DNA of 64,000 bases from Blepharisma stoltei ATCC 30299 (GCA_965603825.1 CBFDEM010000054.1:682001-746000), one strand, 5' to 3'; numbered from the stretch's first letter, positions 35,277 to 46,621 are shown. Made by a program: numbers and translations. The notes: generated from the letters alone by a model not told the origin.

Positions 35277-36332
35277 ATGAATAAAAAAGAAGACGAGTAC
35301 AAGATTCTTCTAGAAAAAAGCTTTGAAGCATCATTTTTATGAGGAAGATTAAACTTGCTAAACGATAGCATAGATAATGAGTTTAAAGCCAAATTGCACT
35401 CAAACCAGTTTAAAACATATATTTTTACCCCTTTTCTTTGCTTCGGGTTGCTATCAGTGTATAAAAAATACAATGAATACCTGCCTAAAGGACAATTCAA
35501 GAAAATTGCTATAATAACAGTCCCTGGGTTGTTTGGTATCAATCTATTTACAAGTTGGCTAGAATCTGATGTGAAATATAAAGAAATGAGATCCTTTTTA
35601 ATGTCAAGATATGAACAGCAGCTTCTAGCGCTGATCCCTAGTCTAAGAGAGGCAAAAATTAGGTGTAGCGTATCTGGGCAACAGAGTCCTCCAGGTGATT
35701 TTAGAGATTTTCCAAATCAGAATACAAACTATCATCCTCAGCCTTATCAGCAGCCAAATTATGGAAATAGTTATAATCAGCCTTTTCAATCGCAGAATTT
35801 TAATACAGGAAATGCCCAGTCAAGTTTTAATCCTGGAAATGCTCAGCCTTATCAACAACCAAATTTCGGCACTAGTAATACTCAGCCTTATCAGCAGCCT
35901 AATTTTAATCCTGAAAATACTAAGCCTTATACTTATCAACCACCAAACTTCAACACCTCAAAAGGCAATCCCCAGCCTTACTCTTTCCAGCCGAACCCTA
36001 CAAATAGTAATCCTCAGCCTTATTCGTATCAGCAACCAAACTATGGCACTCAAAATAATGCTCAGCCTTACCAACAGCCAGATTTTAGCAGCAGCCAGTC
36101 TTCATCTTATTATCAGCATCCTGATAATTGGCAGAATACCAACCCATGGAGTAATGAAAGAGAAAATTTAGCTAGTGGCAGCCAATTTTCAGACAACAGA
36201 AACGAGATATCAAGCCAAAAAGCTAAGCCTATCGAGATTAATCCAGATGAAAACCCTTATTTAGCGACAATGCCAAAGCATTCTTCACAGAACAAGCCTT
36301 CAAATCCGCCTTCAAAAGGAGGCTATATTTAG
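35277..36332 (+). CDS. Two-TM protein with Q/N/P/Y-rich repeat tail
   Basis: ATG 35277 via one TGA; two hydrophobic segments, then repeated QPYQQPN(F/Y). Confidence 0.75.
35735..36090 (+). repeat. Coding degenerate tandem repeats (ctcagccttatcagcagcc; QPYQQPN)
   Basis: About seven imperfect cagcctta units. Confidence 0.75.
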
Positions 36333-36449
36333 TTAATAATTTAGTAAGCCAATACTTAATGGCTAAATTACTATCAATCTATGATTTTAATAGCTCAATA
36401 TTTATTCTATAAATAAGCTATTTAAATCCTATTTACCGCTATAGGATAA

Positions 36450-37000
36450 TAAGTTTTTATTTGCTATAAGCTATTTGAGGATATACCATTTTCGTATATT
36501 TGAAAGCATCATCTGTAGAGCCTCAATCAGATCTATTATTCCTAAAGTTTTTAAAGCCAAGAACTTCTTTTTCCTAAACCTGGATCAAGGTGCTATTTAT
36601 GATTTTCCAAGCAATTTCAAAATCTCCTGTAGTTGCAAATCCATAAGAAGCCTGACATTTTTATTGGTCTTCAATCCTGGTTGCAGCTCCTTCGAGCCCA
36701 ATCCCATGAATAAGGGAAGTATTATGAAGTTTTATAGACTGAATTATAAATGGATCGGATAAGGCTAAGGCAAATTTGGCCAAATCCTTCGACTTTAGGT
36801 CAGCAAATTTGTTAAAGCCAAGGTCCCAGTCAAGTTTATGAATTCTAATCTCTGATGAAAGCTATATTGCCTTTGAAGTTTTCGAAGCGGCTATAACACT
36901 CTTTTGATGTGTATTCTTTATGGAGTTTTTAATGAAGGGATCAGGAAGATTTAGAGGATCGCGACTATGCGAAAACCCCAACTATACCAAAAGCCAATTA
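36450..37000 (-). pseudogene. Papain/cathepsin-L-like cysteine protease pseudogene
   Basis: ERFNIN motif ECYSRFENFKGNIAFIRD*N (36842-36901), LGFNKFADL, SWDW and GAATRIEDQ*KCQASYGFATTG, with stops and frameshifts. Confidence 0.8.
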
Positions 37001-37425
37001 TAAATTAGGATATTCCACTTAAATTGTAAAGTGTTTTCAAATTGAGGAAATGAAAATCTCTTTCATTTTACCAGTGTAATAGCTTTTACGTCATCAAAAA
37101 AATAAATAAATCTCTAGCTTTACTAAAATTCATGCAAAATTTAATGATATAATGGTCATTTTTATTTCAAACTAAATATTAAAAAGTTTTGACTCAAATA
37201 TGGTATATTTTCATATATATTTTATGAATAAATTATTTTAAAGCTTCCTAAATTTTATAGACAATTGAAATTTTGAAATCAAGTCTTCATTTTCTGTTCT
37301 TTTCTTTATCATTTTTAAATATATAAAAATATATGTTTACATTAAAAATGTTTTCTTTCAAAAAGTAATAGAATACTGCTTTACAAAAGATACCTTTATT
37401 TAATCCTATACTAAGCGAATAATAA

Positions 37426-38415
37426 ATGGATTCTGATCGTGGCCGAATAGATAAGTACATAATATTACGCACCCTTGGCAAAGGTTCCACAGCCACTGTA
37501 AAATTAGCATCAAACATAGAAACAGGCGAAAAAGTTGCACTAAAATTAATTAACCCGGACAAGCTATCTTCAATGAGAATTGAATTAAATGCATTGCAGC
37601 TCGTACCTGAACATCCCAATATAGTGAAATTAATAGGATTTTCGAATTCCTCCTGATATTTTCGAACTGAAGGAAGAACCAGGCTTGTATCTTACATTGC
37701 CTTAGAACTAGGCAAAAACGGTGAAATATTCGACTATGTCCAAAAACTTGGAGGCTTCCCAGAATCAATTGCTAGACGTTACACTAAGGAGTTAATTTCA
37801 GCTGTAGAGGCTTTACATAACTCTGGGATTGTTCATAGAGACTTAAAGCCAGAAAATATTTTTTTCTCAGAGAACTTTGAGCTCAAATTGGCTGATTTTG
37901 GGTTTACCGCACCTATTAAAGGAAGAAATGGGATGGGACTTTTAGGGACATATAAAGGCACAAGACCTTATATGGCTCCTGAAATTTTAGAAAAAAAAAG
38001 GTATAGAGGAGCACTTACAGATATATTTTCGTGTGGGATTATTATTTTCATAATAGTTGTCGGAAGACCACCTTTTTTCAGAGCTGAAAGACAAAACCCT
38101 CATTTTCAGCACATTGTAAATGGTAATTGGGAAAGATTTTGAAATTTTCATAAAAGTGCTCCGAATACTCCAGATTTTTCGACTGAATTTAGAGATTTGA
38201 TAGAGCATATGCTTGCTTATAATCCAGACGAAAGATTTTCTATTGACCAAATAAAGAATCATTCTTGGATAATTAAGGAAAGTGCAAGCTTAGAAGAAGC
38301 ACAGCGATTTTTGTCGGCTGGGTCTGATATTTCAGAAAGAAATGAAAGTTTCGTAGAAGGTAGTAGGATTCAAGTAGAAGTTAATAGGAAGAAAAGCGAA
38401 GATTGTGTTTTATAA
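37426..38415 (+). CDS. Ser/Thr protein kinase (CAMK-like), 329 aa
   Basis: Three ORFs joined via TGA 37654 and 38140. GKGSTA, VALK, HRDLKPEN, DFG and YMAPE. Confidence 0.93.
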
Positions 38416-38506
38416 TATAAATCGATATTTTTAAATATTATTTATAATAAATATCTAGAATTAACAAGAATTATGATATAACCTTCATTAGTTATTAAAT
38501 TTTTGT

Positions 38507-41500
38507 TTATGCTGTTTTAGCTTTAAGATGCAATAAATAGCGGATCCTTACCTGATCTGCATTGTAAACCACAAACTCATTATAATTCACAGGACAGTAT
38601 TTTCCTTTTGGAGGTTCTCTAATTTTCGTAGCTCCAAGCGGAATTTCTACTCCATTTGCCAAATAAATACTTTCATCAGGGTTTGGAATTTCCCTTCCCA
38701 TCCCTTGCGCAGATAAGAATTTCTTTGGTAGTTTTTCGACTTGCTGAGCTTCCCAGCACTCCATAGAGTCCCCAACTACAACTTCACACAAAAGCATAAA
38801 ATAGCTGCCATCGTCAATTCCATATTCTCCTGAACAATATCCTTGACTTTTGCAGAACTTATCAGCAAAATAAAGCCCAGTCCCAAACATGCTTCCATAC
38901 ATAGGACATTCTGGAGGCAAAATCCTTAGCCCTCTTCTTAAAATCCCAATAATGTTATATGAAGGAGTGCCGTGCCATAGCAATTTTCTGTTTCTTACGT
39001 CGTCATATTTCGCTATAGCTTCTGCTTCACCTTTTCTGTTAATTTTGAAAAGTCCTAAGATTTCTTGCTCATCTTGGCCTCCAGACGCAATATATTTATT
39101 AATAATTTGGTATTCAGGGTTTTCTTTTTCCAAGACTGCAAAATTGGTATCAAGACACTTTATGGTATAGTCCAATGGATTTGTGGTGGTTTGGTTCTTT
39201 AAGGCGCCAAGCAGAATTTTGCTGGCTACTTCCATATTTCGTAACGCTTCAATAAGATTCAGCTTATTAGTCACATCATATTGATTCTGAATTGGTTGCA
39301 CAGGCGAATGTAAGAACTGGAGGCTTGGGACAATCTCGTAAAACCTGCTAGATAAGTCTGAAATTTCTTGTTTATACCTCAGATTTGCATTAGTGTCTTG
39401 GCTTTTAGTTAATTTAGTGCTGTATTCTGCAATGGTAAATATTATTTCTTCAGCTTCTTCTAGCTTTTCTGCTGTTAGAGAAGAAAAATTAAGGACGTCA
39501 ATATCAATTTGGTTGTTTGATAACACAGCTCTGTATAAAGAATTTTTAGTAAATGCTTTAGCTGCTTTGACTAAAGGCTCATTTAAATTGCTTACCGGGG
39601 CATTTTCTAAGTCAAAGTCTGTGATAAAGTCTCTGTGGCTGACTTTTTTATAAGAAATTTCCATTTTTACATATTTTCCTGGAACTCTTTTGAAGTTTGC
39701 ACCCCATTCATTTCCTGATTTTGACTTGAAAATTTTCTTAAATTCGTTTTCAGCCTCTTCGCGGCTTGCAAATGGTGTTTGTTGGAAAGCGCCGACTTCT
39801 CCTATTCTTCCCCATCTGGTGAAAAGAACATATACGTCTCTATTTGAGTCGTGCAATAGCTGCATTCTATAGAATAAATAAGCAGAAAAAGGTCCATATG
39901 AGACATCAACTTTGGTCATTAATAAATCATAATCGTCGACAACTTCATAATTCTGAGGAGCGTTTTCGTCAGGTTTTTTCTCAAAAATTTCTTCTCTTTG
40001 GAGCTGAGCTTGAGCGTTGATAAAGTCTTCTGCGTCTTTATTAAAATCAATTTCCATATCAGCTTCATATGCAGACAATTTTCTTTCGATTTGGACGTCT
40101 TCAGTTACTCCATGCTTTTCTAAAACCTCTTTCATTTTCCCTGATTTTTGTAAAGCTGCTAAATAGTAAGGAGTTTTTCCGTCGTTGTCAGGCTTTTTTA
40201 CATCAATTCCTGAGGTTATAAGGAGCTCTAAAATTTCAGTATTTTCATATGAAGCAAAATCAAATGGCTGAATTGCATAGAACACAGCGTTTCTTCCTCT
40301 ATTGTCACATTGGTTGATATCTAAAGAGCCTTCTTTAATTAAAGCTGAAAGCATTTTGAGATCATTATTGATAACTGCATAAGTAATCGCATTTCTTCCT
40401 AAACTATCAGCTTCATTAAGAGAGCAGCCGCTATCAAGTAATGTTTTAATTAAATCAGGTGCCGATTTCTTAGAAATTGCATGCAAAAGTGGCGTCAACT
40501 GAATGTTTTCTTCTTCAAACATAAATGAAAGAGAAGCTCCATGCTGCTTAAATGTCTCTAAAATATTTTTCGCTGATTTAATTTTATCTCCTTGAATCGC
40601 ATATGCAAGTGGGATTATTCCTTTATTATCTGGCAAGCTTGCATTAGCTCCTTTATTCAATAAATACTCACAGAGATAATAATACCCTGTATCAGCTGCA
40701 TAATGCAACGGTGTTTTTCCATAAATATCGACAGCATGTAAATCTATCATCCTATCATAAAACTGCTCGCAGATAATATTTGTAATAGCTTGGGCTGCAG
40801 TAGCTCCTTTTTGTGCTAGAGTATGGAATAGGTTTTGCTGCTCATGGTTAGTTTGTCTTATAACAGAATCATCAGCGACCTTTGCCAGCAGTGTTTTGAC
40901 CAATTGGAATTTCATTTCGTACATAGCATCTTGCATAGCTAGCATATAAGGATAGCCATTATAAAGCATTAAATAAGCAGCTCCTTGCCATTCTTGTATT
41001 ATTGCAGCTCTGAACATTGAATAAGTCCCTTCTTTAAGAACGCTTCGTTCTTGTTGGTAATTGTAATAGTTATAGCGATTGTAGTTTGCAACTTTTTTAT
41101 TCTTTTTTTCTTTCGGAGGGTTAACTTTGACTGTTTTATTGACGTCGGCGCCTTTTTGGATAAGCATAATGGCATAATTGGTGTGGCCATATCTTAAGGC
41201 TAAAGCAAGGGCCGTGTTTCCATCTTCATCTTCAAGATCTAATTGGGCTCCTTTAGTCAGCATAAACATAGTAGAAGTCAGCGCTCCTCGTTGTGCTGCA
41301 TAATGAATAGGTGTCTTTTTCCATTTATCTTGAATATTTACGTTAATTTCAGCTCTAGAGCATGCAGAACTAACCGTTTCGATTGGATCTATTTGTTCCA
41401 CATCATCAGATTTCCCAATTTTTACGAACGCATAATGTAAAGGAGTCCTATTTCTAATATCCACCGCATTAATATCAGCTCCAAATCTCAATAAAATCGA

Positions 41501-44500
41501 CTCTAAATCAAAAGATGCGTCTGCTGACACATCAGCCTGATTAAATGCTATATGCAGAGCAGTTCTTCCTTTAATATCAGGGAAATTTATATCGCATTTT
41601 GCTTCACAAAGTCTTTTAATGATCCTCATATCTTTGTTTTTGACTGCTAAATTTAGCGGAGACTCGCCTTCTTTGGTCAAAACTTCAGTTATTGCGCCAC
41701 TTTTAAGCAGAAGGTCAGTTGTTGACTCATTTTTGGTATGGACTGCAAAATAGACAGGACTTTCGTTAGAAGCATTAAAAATGTTTGGGTCAGCTTTGCT
41801 TTCTAGTAACTTCTTGACTGAGTCAAGGCTGTCTTGGTGTTTGCAAAACAGAAGTAATGGGGTGTCTCCATAGAAATCTCTGGAGTTTAGGTCTACTGAC
41901 TGAGAAATAAGGTATTCTAATATTGGCAGTTGGCAGTTCCCTGCTAATAAATGCACAGCGTTTCTCTGTCCTTTTTCTCCATATTCAATATATTTTTTGG
42001 TTCCATCTAAATCAATTATAAAGACCTTTTTTTCTGCTGGGTTAGTGTATATATGGGTTCCATACTCATCAATATGAGAAAACACAGGATTTCCTTGGCT
42101 AGTATTGACTTGGCTTGCTAGTTCTTTTTCTTCAGCATATATAAGGTTCGGGTCGTCTCTGTATTTTTTTAGCTTTTCAACTGTTGCATGCTGGTTTGCC
42201 CCATGATTGACCATATCTTCAAGCACTTTTACCACTTTTTCTACAATAACATTAAATCTTTCCTCAGTCAGCTTTGCAAGCTCAGCAACGTCAACTCCTG
42301 CGTCGCTCACTGAATCTAAGTATTCTTGGAATGCATTTCCATTTGGAGGCTGCTTGTCTTCTTCACTATTAGAAGTTTCATCGTTGCTTTCATCATAGTC
42401 TTCCTCTTCGCCTTCTTCACCTTCTTCTCCTTCTTCTCCTTCTTCATTTTTTTCTCCATCAATTTCCATTGCATCTTTTTCTTTCTTTTTTTCAGCTATC
42501 CTTTTTGCTATCATTTTTGCTTTTTCTTCTTCACAAATCTGTTGCTTTATGGTATGAGCAGTAGAGCCAAATAAATTTACGAGTTTTAAGAAAGGAGTAA
42601 GGCCTTCACTGTCAAGAATATTGAGAGAGGAAGTGACGACGTCAGGAATTGATAGCAAATAGTGGAAAATATCTAAGAATTGAGGGTCTAAATTGGCGAT
42701 GGCATGGAACACTCCGCCACCATCAGGGCTAGAAATTGTTAAGTTTGCGCCTTTGTCCATAAGTGCTTGTACAATCCTTATATTGTTATTGGCGAGTGCA
42801 TAAAAGATAGGTGTAAGGCCGTCTTTAGATATTGCATTTAAATCAGCTCCTCCATTTACTATGAGCTCTAGGGCTTGGATTTGCCATTTCCATGCATTTT
42901 CTTCCCACTCTGCTTTTTGTTCAGGCTTTAGCTCATTGTTCTGGCATACTGGTTTTGGTCTGTTGCACAAGTGGTGTAAGGGTCTCATGTTTTGTATGTC
43001 CCCAATATTAGGGTCTGCGTTTTTTACATCCAAGAGGTACTTAATTTGCTCCAAAGTTTCAACAGAAAGCATTTCAATGGCTTGGGACAGCAAAGTTCTG
43101 CCACTTTCATCCTTACAGTTAACATCAATTCCTGGTTCTTTTAGAAGCCTATCCACACATCCCGTTTGGCCTTTTAACAAAGCTACAAGTAAAGGCTGCA
43201 GTCTCCAATCATTTTCTACATTAATATTGGCTCCAGCTTGTATAAGCAGATCAATGCATTCAATCCATCCATAAGCAGCCGCATAATGAAGAGGATAGTT
43301 TTTAGAAGAATCTGGGTCATTATAATCAGATCCTCTTTCTAATAGCAAGCTTACAACCCTTGCGTGGCCATTTTTCACAGCCCAAGTCAATGCAGTTCTT
43401 CTACATTTGTCTCTTCTCAATGGTTTTGCCCCTTGGTCTAATAGCTCTTCTACACAGTTAAAATGACCATTTATCGCCGCAAACATTAATGGAGTTTTTC
43501 TGTCAGTCCCAGGATGGTCTAGATTTCCCCCATTTTTGAGCAGAAGTTTGAGGACTTCTAAATTCCCGTTTTGGGCTGCATAATGAATGGCAGCCATTCC
43601 TTTTCTGTCTTTTAGCTGAATATTGACACCTTTTTCTATTAAGACTTTTGCAGGCTCACAGCGATTATTTATGGCAGCGACCATTAATGGGGTGGTTTTG
43701 AACTTGTCCATATCATTAGGATTTGCACCACGGTCTAGCAGTAATTTAATAGGCCCTGCTGCTGTGCAGGCTGCAGCGTAATGTATAGGTCTCCTTCCTT
43801 CCATGTCGGCGTAGCCTATATCATCACATTGGTCGAGTATTTCTTCTAAGTGTTTTGTGTCAGGATTTATACACGCTACGTGTAATGGGGCAATTGTGTA
43901 GTTCATTAAAGGTTTTTTGGTAATTGATGGCTTTTTGAAAGGGGTAAGTCTGCCTTTTTTAAGGACTTCTTCATGGAGGTTGTTAAACCCATAGCCGCCT
44001 TGCTTGAAAAACCATGCTAGCAAGTGTCTTGACAGCTCAACATTGCCAGTCCTCACACATTCAGCGATATTCAATCCTAAAGTATGTGCAAAATTCGGCA
44101 AAAGTGTATGGAGAAGGTTCAAAGTGTCTGGGGTTGCAGGATATTTTAAAATTTTCTTTATAAAATCTTCTTGGTTCAGCTGATGAATGGCATCATTTAC
44201 TTGAGTTTGGTCACCTAAAAAGGCGTTGTTACCTTCTCTGCCACCTCTTGACATTTGGACAATTCTGGTTCTGACACCGTAAGCTTCAATTCCTACGTGG
44301 CCTGTGCCAACTAGTGCTAAAGCTGAAGGTGGGGCATAGGCTCTTTGCAATTTGTGATCCTTTAAGTCTTCAATTAATTCCCTTATGAAAAATTCATTGT
44401 TGGTCATTATTGCTAATTCAATAGGCCTTATGTTGTATTCTGGTCCCCATGGCTCCATTGTAGAGCTGATTTTGTCAGTAGAGGTCATAAGGGTTTTAAA

Positions 44501-45634
44501 GAGCTTTTTATTGTTAGTTATGATGGCTCTGTGAAGATTTTTATTGTTGCAACGAATTGAAATGCCAAAAATAGGCTCATTTGACGGGTCGTGCTTCCAT
44601 TGAGTGTGATCGATAACTTTTACTGATGGATTATAGATACCTTTTTTGAAAACAGTGCCTTTTTCGTTCTTGGCTTTTTTGGAAACAGCTGCAGATTTGC
44701 CTTTAGATGGGCGCTTCTTTGGTGAAACGTCTTCTTCAGAAAAGTCATCGTCTTCAGCTTTTTTAGCTTTTCCACCTTTTTTCTTCGGCTTTTCTTCTTC
44801 TTCGCTTTCGTCGGATTCAGATTCAATAGGTTTTTGAGGAGTTTTTGCTTTTCTGTCTCTTAAAGGTCTTTTAGGAGTAACTTGTTCAGTTTTCTTCTCT
44901 TCTTTTTTAGCTTTAGCTTTGGGTGCGGGTTTCTTTGCTGGCTTTTCTTCTTCTTCTTCTTCTGATTCTTCTTCCTCTTTTTCTTCCTTGACTGGTTTAG
45001 CTTTGGCTTTTTTGCTATTTGTTTTCTTAGCTGGCTTTTTTACCTTTTCTTCTTCTTCCTCTTCTTCTTCCTCTTCCTCAACAACTTTTGCCTTGACTTT
45101 TTTATTATTTGTCTGCTTGGTCTTCACCACTGCCTTCGCTGGTGCTTTTTTGGGCTTTGATTTTTGAGATTTTTTAGCTGGCTTTTTTTCTTCTACTTCC
45201 TCTTCCACCTCTTCATTTTCTTCTTCAGATTCTTCATTTTCTTCTTCCTGATCACTTTCCTCTTCTTTTTTATCTGTTTTCTTTCCACTTCCAATTAATT
45301 TTTCCAATTCATTAACATCTCTTTGGGTAATCTTAAAGATTTTGCCTTCTTTTTTCATTGTAACTGGCCCAATAATTTCAGAGACCTTTATTTTCTTTTC
45401 CCTGTCATTTTGGAACCTAAGTTTAGAGTTAGCTTCAGCTAATAACATAACCGGAAATGATTGGGACGAATTTGGAACGTCATTAATAGGGTAACACAAT
45501 TTAAATGATGATCCGTCTTTAATAGCAAGGCGCTGAGTGCATTTATATTTGATTTCAGACTCTACATCTGCGACTTCATCAGTTTCTTTTGATGACTCCT
45601 GTGGCCGAGTCGAGCGACGTTTGCGATCACCCAT
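38507..45634 (-). CDS. Ankyrin-repeat/WGR/regulatory/catalytic poly(ADP-ribose) polymerase (PME-5-like), 2375 aa
   Basis: K/E low-complexity N-terminus, many ankyrin repeats, TRWGRIG, and LWHGT / GLYFAD / YNEFVVY (H-Y-E triad). Confidence 0.95.
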   Translation of the reverse strand: MGDRKRRSTRPQESSKETDEVADVESEIKYKCTQRLAIKDGSSFKLCYPINDVPNSSQSFPVMLLAEANSKLRFQNDREKKIKVSEIIGPVTMKKEGKIFKITQRDVNELEKLIGSGKKTDKKEEESDQEEENEESEEENEEVEEEVEEKKPAKKSQKSKPKKAPAKAVVKTKQTNNKKVKAKVVEEEEEEEEEEEKVKKPAKKTNSKKAKAKPVKEEKEEEESEEEEEEKPAKKPAPKAKAKKEEKKTEQVTPKRPLRDRKAKTPQKPIESESDESEEEEKPKKKGGKAKKAEDDDFSEEDVSPKKRPSKGKSAAVSKKAKNEKGTVFKKGIYNPSVKVIDHTQWKHDPSNEPIFGISIRCNNKNLHRAIITNNKKLFKTLMTSTDKISSTMEPWGPEYNIRPIELAIMTNNEFFIRELIEDLKDHKLQRAYAPPSALALVGTGHVGIEAYGVRTRIVQMSRGGREGNNAFLGDQTQVNDAIHQLNQEDFIKKILKYPATPDTLNLLHTLLPNFAHTLGLNIAECVRTGNVELSRHLLAWFFKQGGYGFNNLHEEVLKKGRLTPFKKPSITKKPLMNYTIAPLHVACINPDTKHLEEILDQCDDIGYADMEGRRPIHYAAACTAAGPIKLLLDRGANPNDMDKFKTTPLMVAAINNRCEPAKVLIEKGVNIQLKDRKGMAAIHYAAQNGNLEVLKLLLKNGGNLDHPGTDRKTPLMFAAINGHFNCVEELLDQGAKPLRRDKCRRTALTWAVKNGHARVVSLLLERGSDYNDPDSSKNYPLHYAAAYGWIECIDLLIQAGANINVENDWRLQPLLVALLKGQTGCVDRLLKEPGIDVNCKDESGRTLLSQAIEMLSVETLEQIKYLLDVKNADPNIGDIQNMRPLHHLCNRPKPVCQNNELKPEQKAEWEENAWKWQIQALELIVNGGADLNAISKDGLTPIFYALANNNIRIVQALMDKGANLTISSPDGGGVFHAIANLDPQFLDIFHYLLSIPDVVTSSLNILDSEGLTPFLKLVNLFGSTAHTIKQQICEEEKAKMIAKRIAEKKKEKDAMEIDGEKNEEGEEGEEGEEGEEEDYDESNDETSNSEEDKQPPNGNAFQEYLDSVSDAGVDVAELAKLTEERFNVIVEKVVKVLEDMVNHGANQHATVEKLKKYRDDPNLIYAEEKELASQVNTSQGNPVFSHIDEYGTHIYTNPAEKKVFIIDLDGTKKYIEYGEKGQRNAVHLLAGNCQLPILEYLISQSVDLNSRDFYGDTPLLLFCKHQDSLDSVKKLLESKADPNIFNASNESPVYFAVHTKNESTTDLLLKSGAITEVLTKEGESPLNLAVKNKDMRIIKRLCEAKCDINFPDIKGRTALHIAFNQADVSADASFDLESILLRFGADINAVDIRNRTPLHYAFVKIGKSDDVEQIDPIETVSSACSRAEINVNIQDKWKKTPIHYAAQRGALTSTMFMLTKGAQLDLEDEDGNTALALALRYGHTNYAIMLIQKGADVNKTVKVNPPKEKKNKKVANYNRYNYYNYQQERSVLKEGTYSMFRAAIIQEWQGAAYLMLYNGYPYMLAMQDAMYEMKFQLVKTLLAKVADDSVIRQTNHEQQNLFHTLAQKGATAAQAITNIICEQFYDRMIDLHAVDIYGKTPLHYAADTGYYYLCEYLLNKGANASLPDNKGIIPLAYAIQGDKIKSAKNILETFKQHGASLSFMFEEENIQLTPLLHAISKKSAPDLIKTLLDSGCSLNEADSLGRNAITYAVINNDLKMLSALIKEGSLDINQCDNRGRNAVFYAIQPFDFASYENTEILELLITSGIDVKKPDNDGKTPYYLAALQKSGKMKEVLEKHGVTEDVQIERKLSAYEADMEIDFNKDAEDFINAQAQLQREEIFEKKPDENAPQNYEVVDDYDLLMTKVDVSYGPFSAYLFYRMQLLHDSNRDVYVLFTRWGRIGEVGAFQQTPFASREEAENEFKKIFKSKSGNEWGANFKRVPGKYVKMEISYKKVSHRDFITDFDLENAPVSNLNEPLVKAAKAFTKNSLYRAVLSNNQIDIDVLNFSSLTAEKLEEAEEIIFTIAEYSTKLTKSQDTNANLRYKQEISDLSSRFYEIVPSLQFLHSPVQPIQNQYDVTNKLNLIEALRNMEVASKILLGALKNQTTTNPLDYTIKCLDTNFAVLEKENPEYQIINKYIASGGQDEQEILGLFKINRKGEAEAIAKYDDVRNRKLLWHGTPSYNIIGILRRGLRILPPECPMYGSMFGTGLYFADKFCKSQGYCSGEYGIDDGSYFMLLCEVVVGDSMECWEAQQVEKLPKKFLSAQGMGREIPNPDESIYLANGVEIPLGATKIREPPKGKYCPVNYNEFVVYNADQVRIRYLLHLKAKTA

Positions 45635-45907
45635 ATTTTATATAAGGGGATTAAAATGTGGTCATTAAAAGAGTAATGAGATAGATATTGAAATTAAATA
45701 ATTTATTCCAAAAAGCTACTGGAAATGAGGCAGATTTGTTGGAATTCTTATAATTTTTTAGAAAATTATAAAAATCTGATTTTTCAGAGAATTTATATTG
45801 AAAAACAAATATATTTCTTCCTTATTGATAAATATTCTTATATAACAGGATATTCATTATGGCAATTTTTTCTAACATCAAATTAAAATGGACTTAGAGT
45901 ATTTAAA

Positions 45908-46621
45908 ATGGATCAAATAGAAAAAGTTATCCTTCTCCTCCAAATAGAAGACTTATGTGGAAAACTTGCTCCGCTCATAAAATCTGACTTCAAAGCTATT
46001 CAAAAACAAGTTCGCGAGATAACTACCGACTATATCCGTCAAATTCCATACTTTAAAGCCAACACACCCAAAAAGGCTCCTCAAAAAGATATGCCTAAAA
46101 AGCTTAATCTCTCCGAAATCTCCCTAACCCCTACAGCTTTATCTAAAATAGACACAAAAACTCCTCTAAAAACCCCAGAAAAAGAGCGTCCACGTAAGCT
46201 AAATCTTTCTGAAACAACTCCAGTCAAAGCTAATTTAAGCTTAAACGATTTTAAAACCCCTACAAAAAATGAGTCAAAAAATTCTTCGCAATTTAACACG
46301 CCATCTACCTGCAGCTCACAAAAAAAAGACAGAAACAACTCCTCAATAAAGCCAGGCAAAGTTAAAAGAAAATTAAATTTTACGCCTCAGAAGCCACTTT
46401 TTGCCTCACAAGGATCAGGAATCGGGACAAAATTTACTTCAAGCCTTGACGGGGTTCCCCCATCACACAACTCGTGGGAATTTAAATGCCAACCTGCTAA
46501 TATTCAGCCTGAAAAGCTGTTTTCGGCAGCTTTGCCTCCAAGGGTAGATTTATCAAGGATATTTTTTGGGGAGGCGTGGAAGCTTGATGGTTATCGTAGC
46601 TCAGAAGAAGGGTTCAGGTAA
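45908..46621 (+). CDS. Short INCENP-like protein (IN-box-like C-terminus)
   Basis: N-terminal helix, many TP sites, C-terminal W...Q...PEKLF...VDLSRIF...RSS. Confidence 0.5.
   Translation: MDQIEKVILLLQIEDLCGKLAPLIKSDFKAIQKQVREITTDYIRQIPYFKANTPKKAPQKDMPKKLNLSEISLTPTALSKIDTKTPLKTPEKERPRKLNLSETTPVKANLSLNDFKTPTKNESKNSSQFNTPSTCSSQKKDRNNSSIKPGKVKRKLNFTPQKPLFASQGSGIGTKFTSSLDGVPPSHNSWEFKCQPANIQPEKLFSAALPPRVDLSRIFFGEAWKLDGYRSSEEGFR

Noticed and set aside
36475-36762. Plus-strand 95-aa ORF
   Set aside because: Antisense shadow of the cathepsin-L-like pseudogene.
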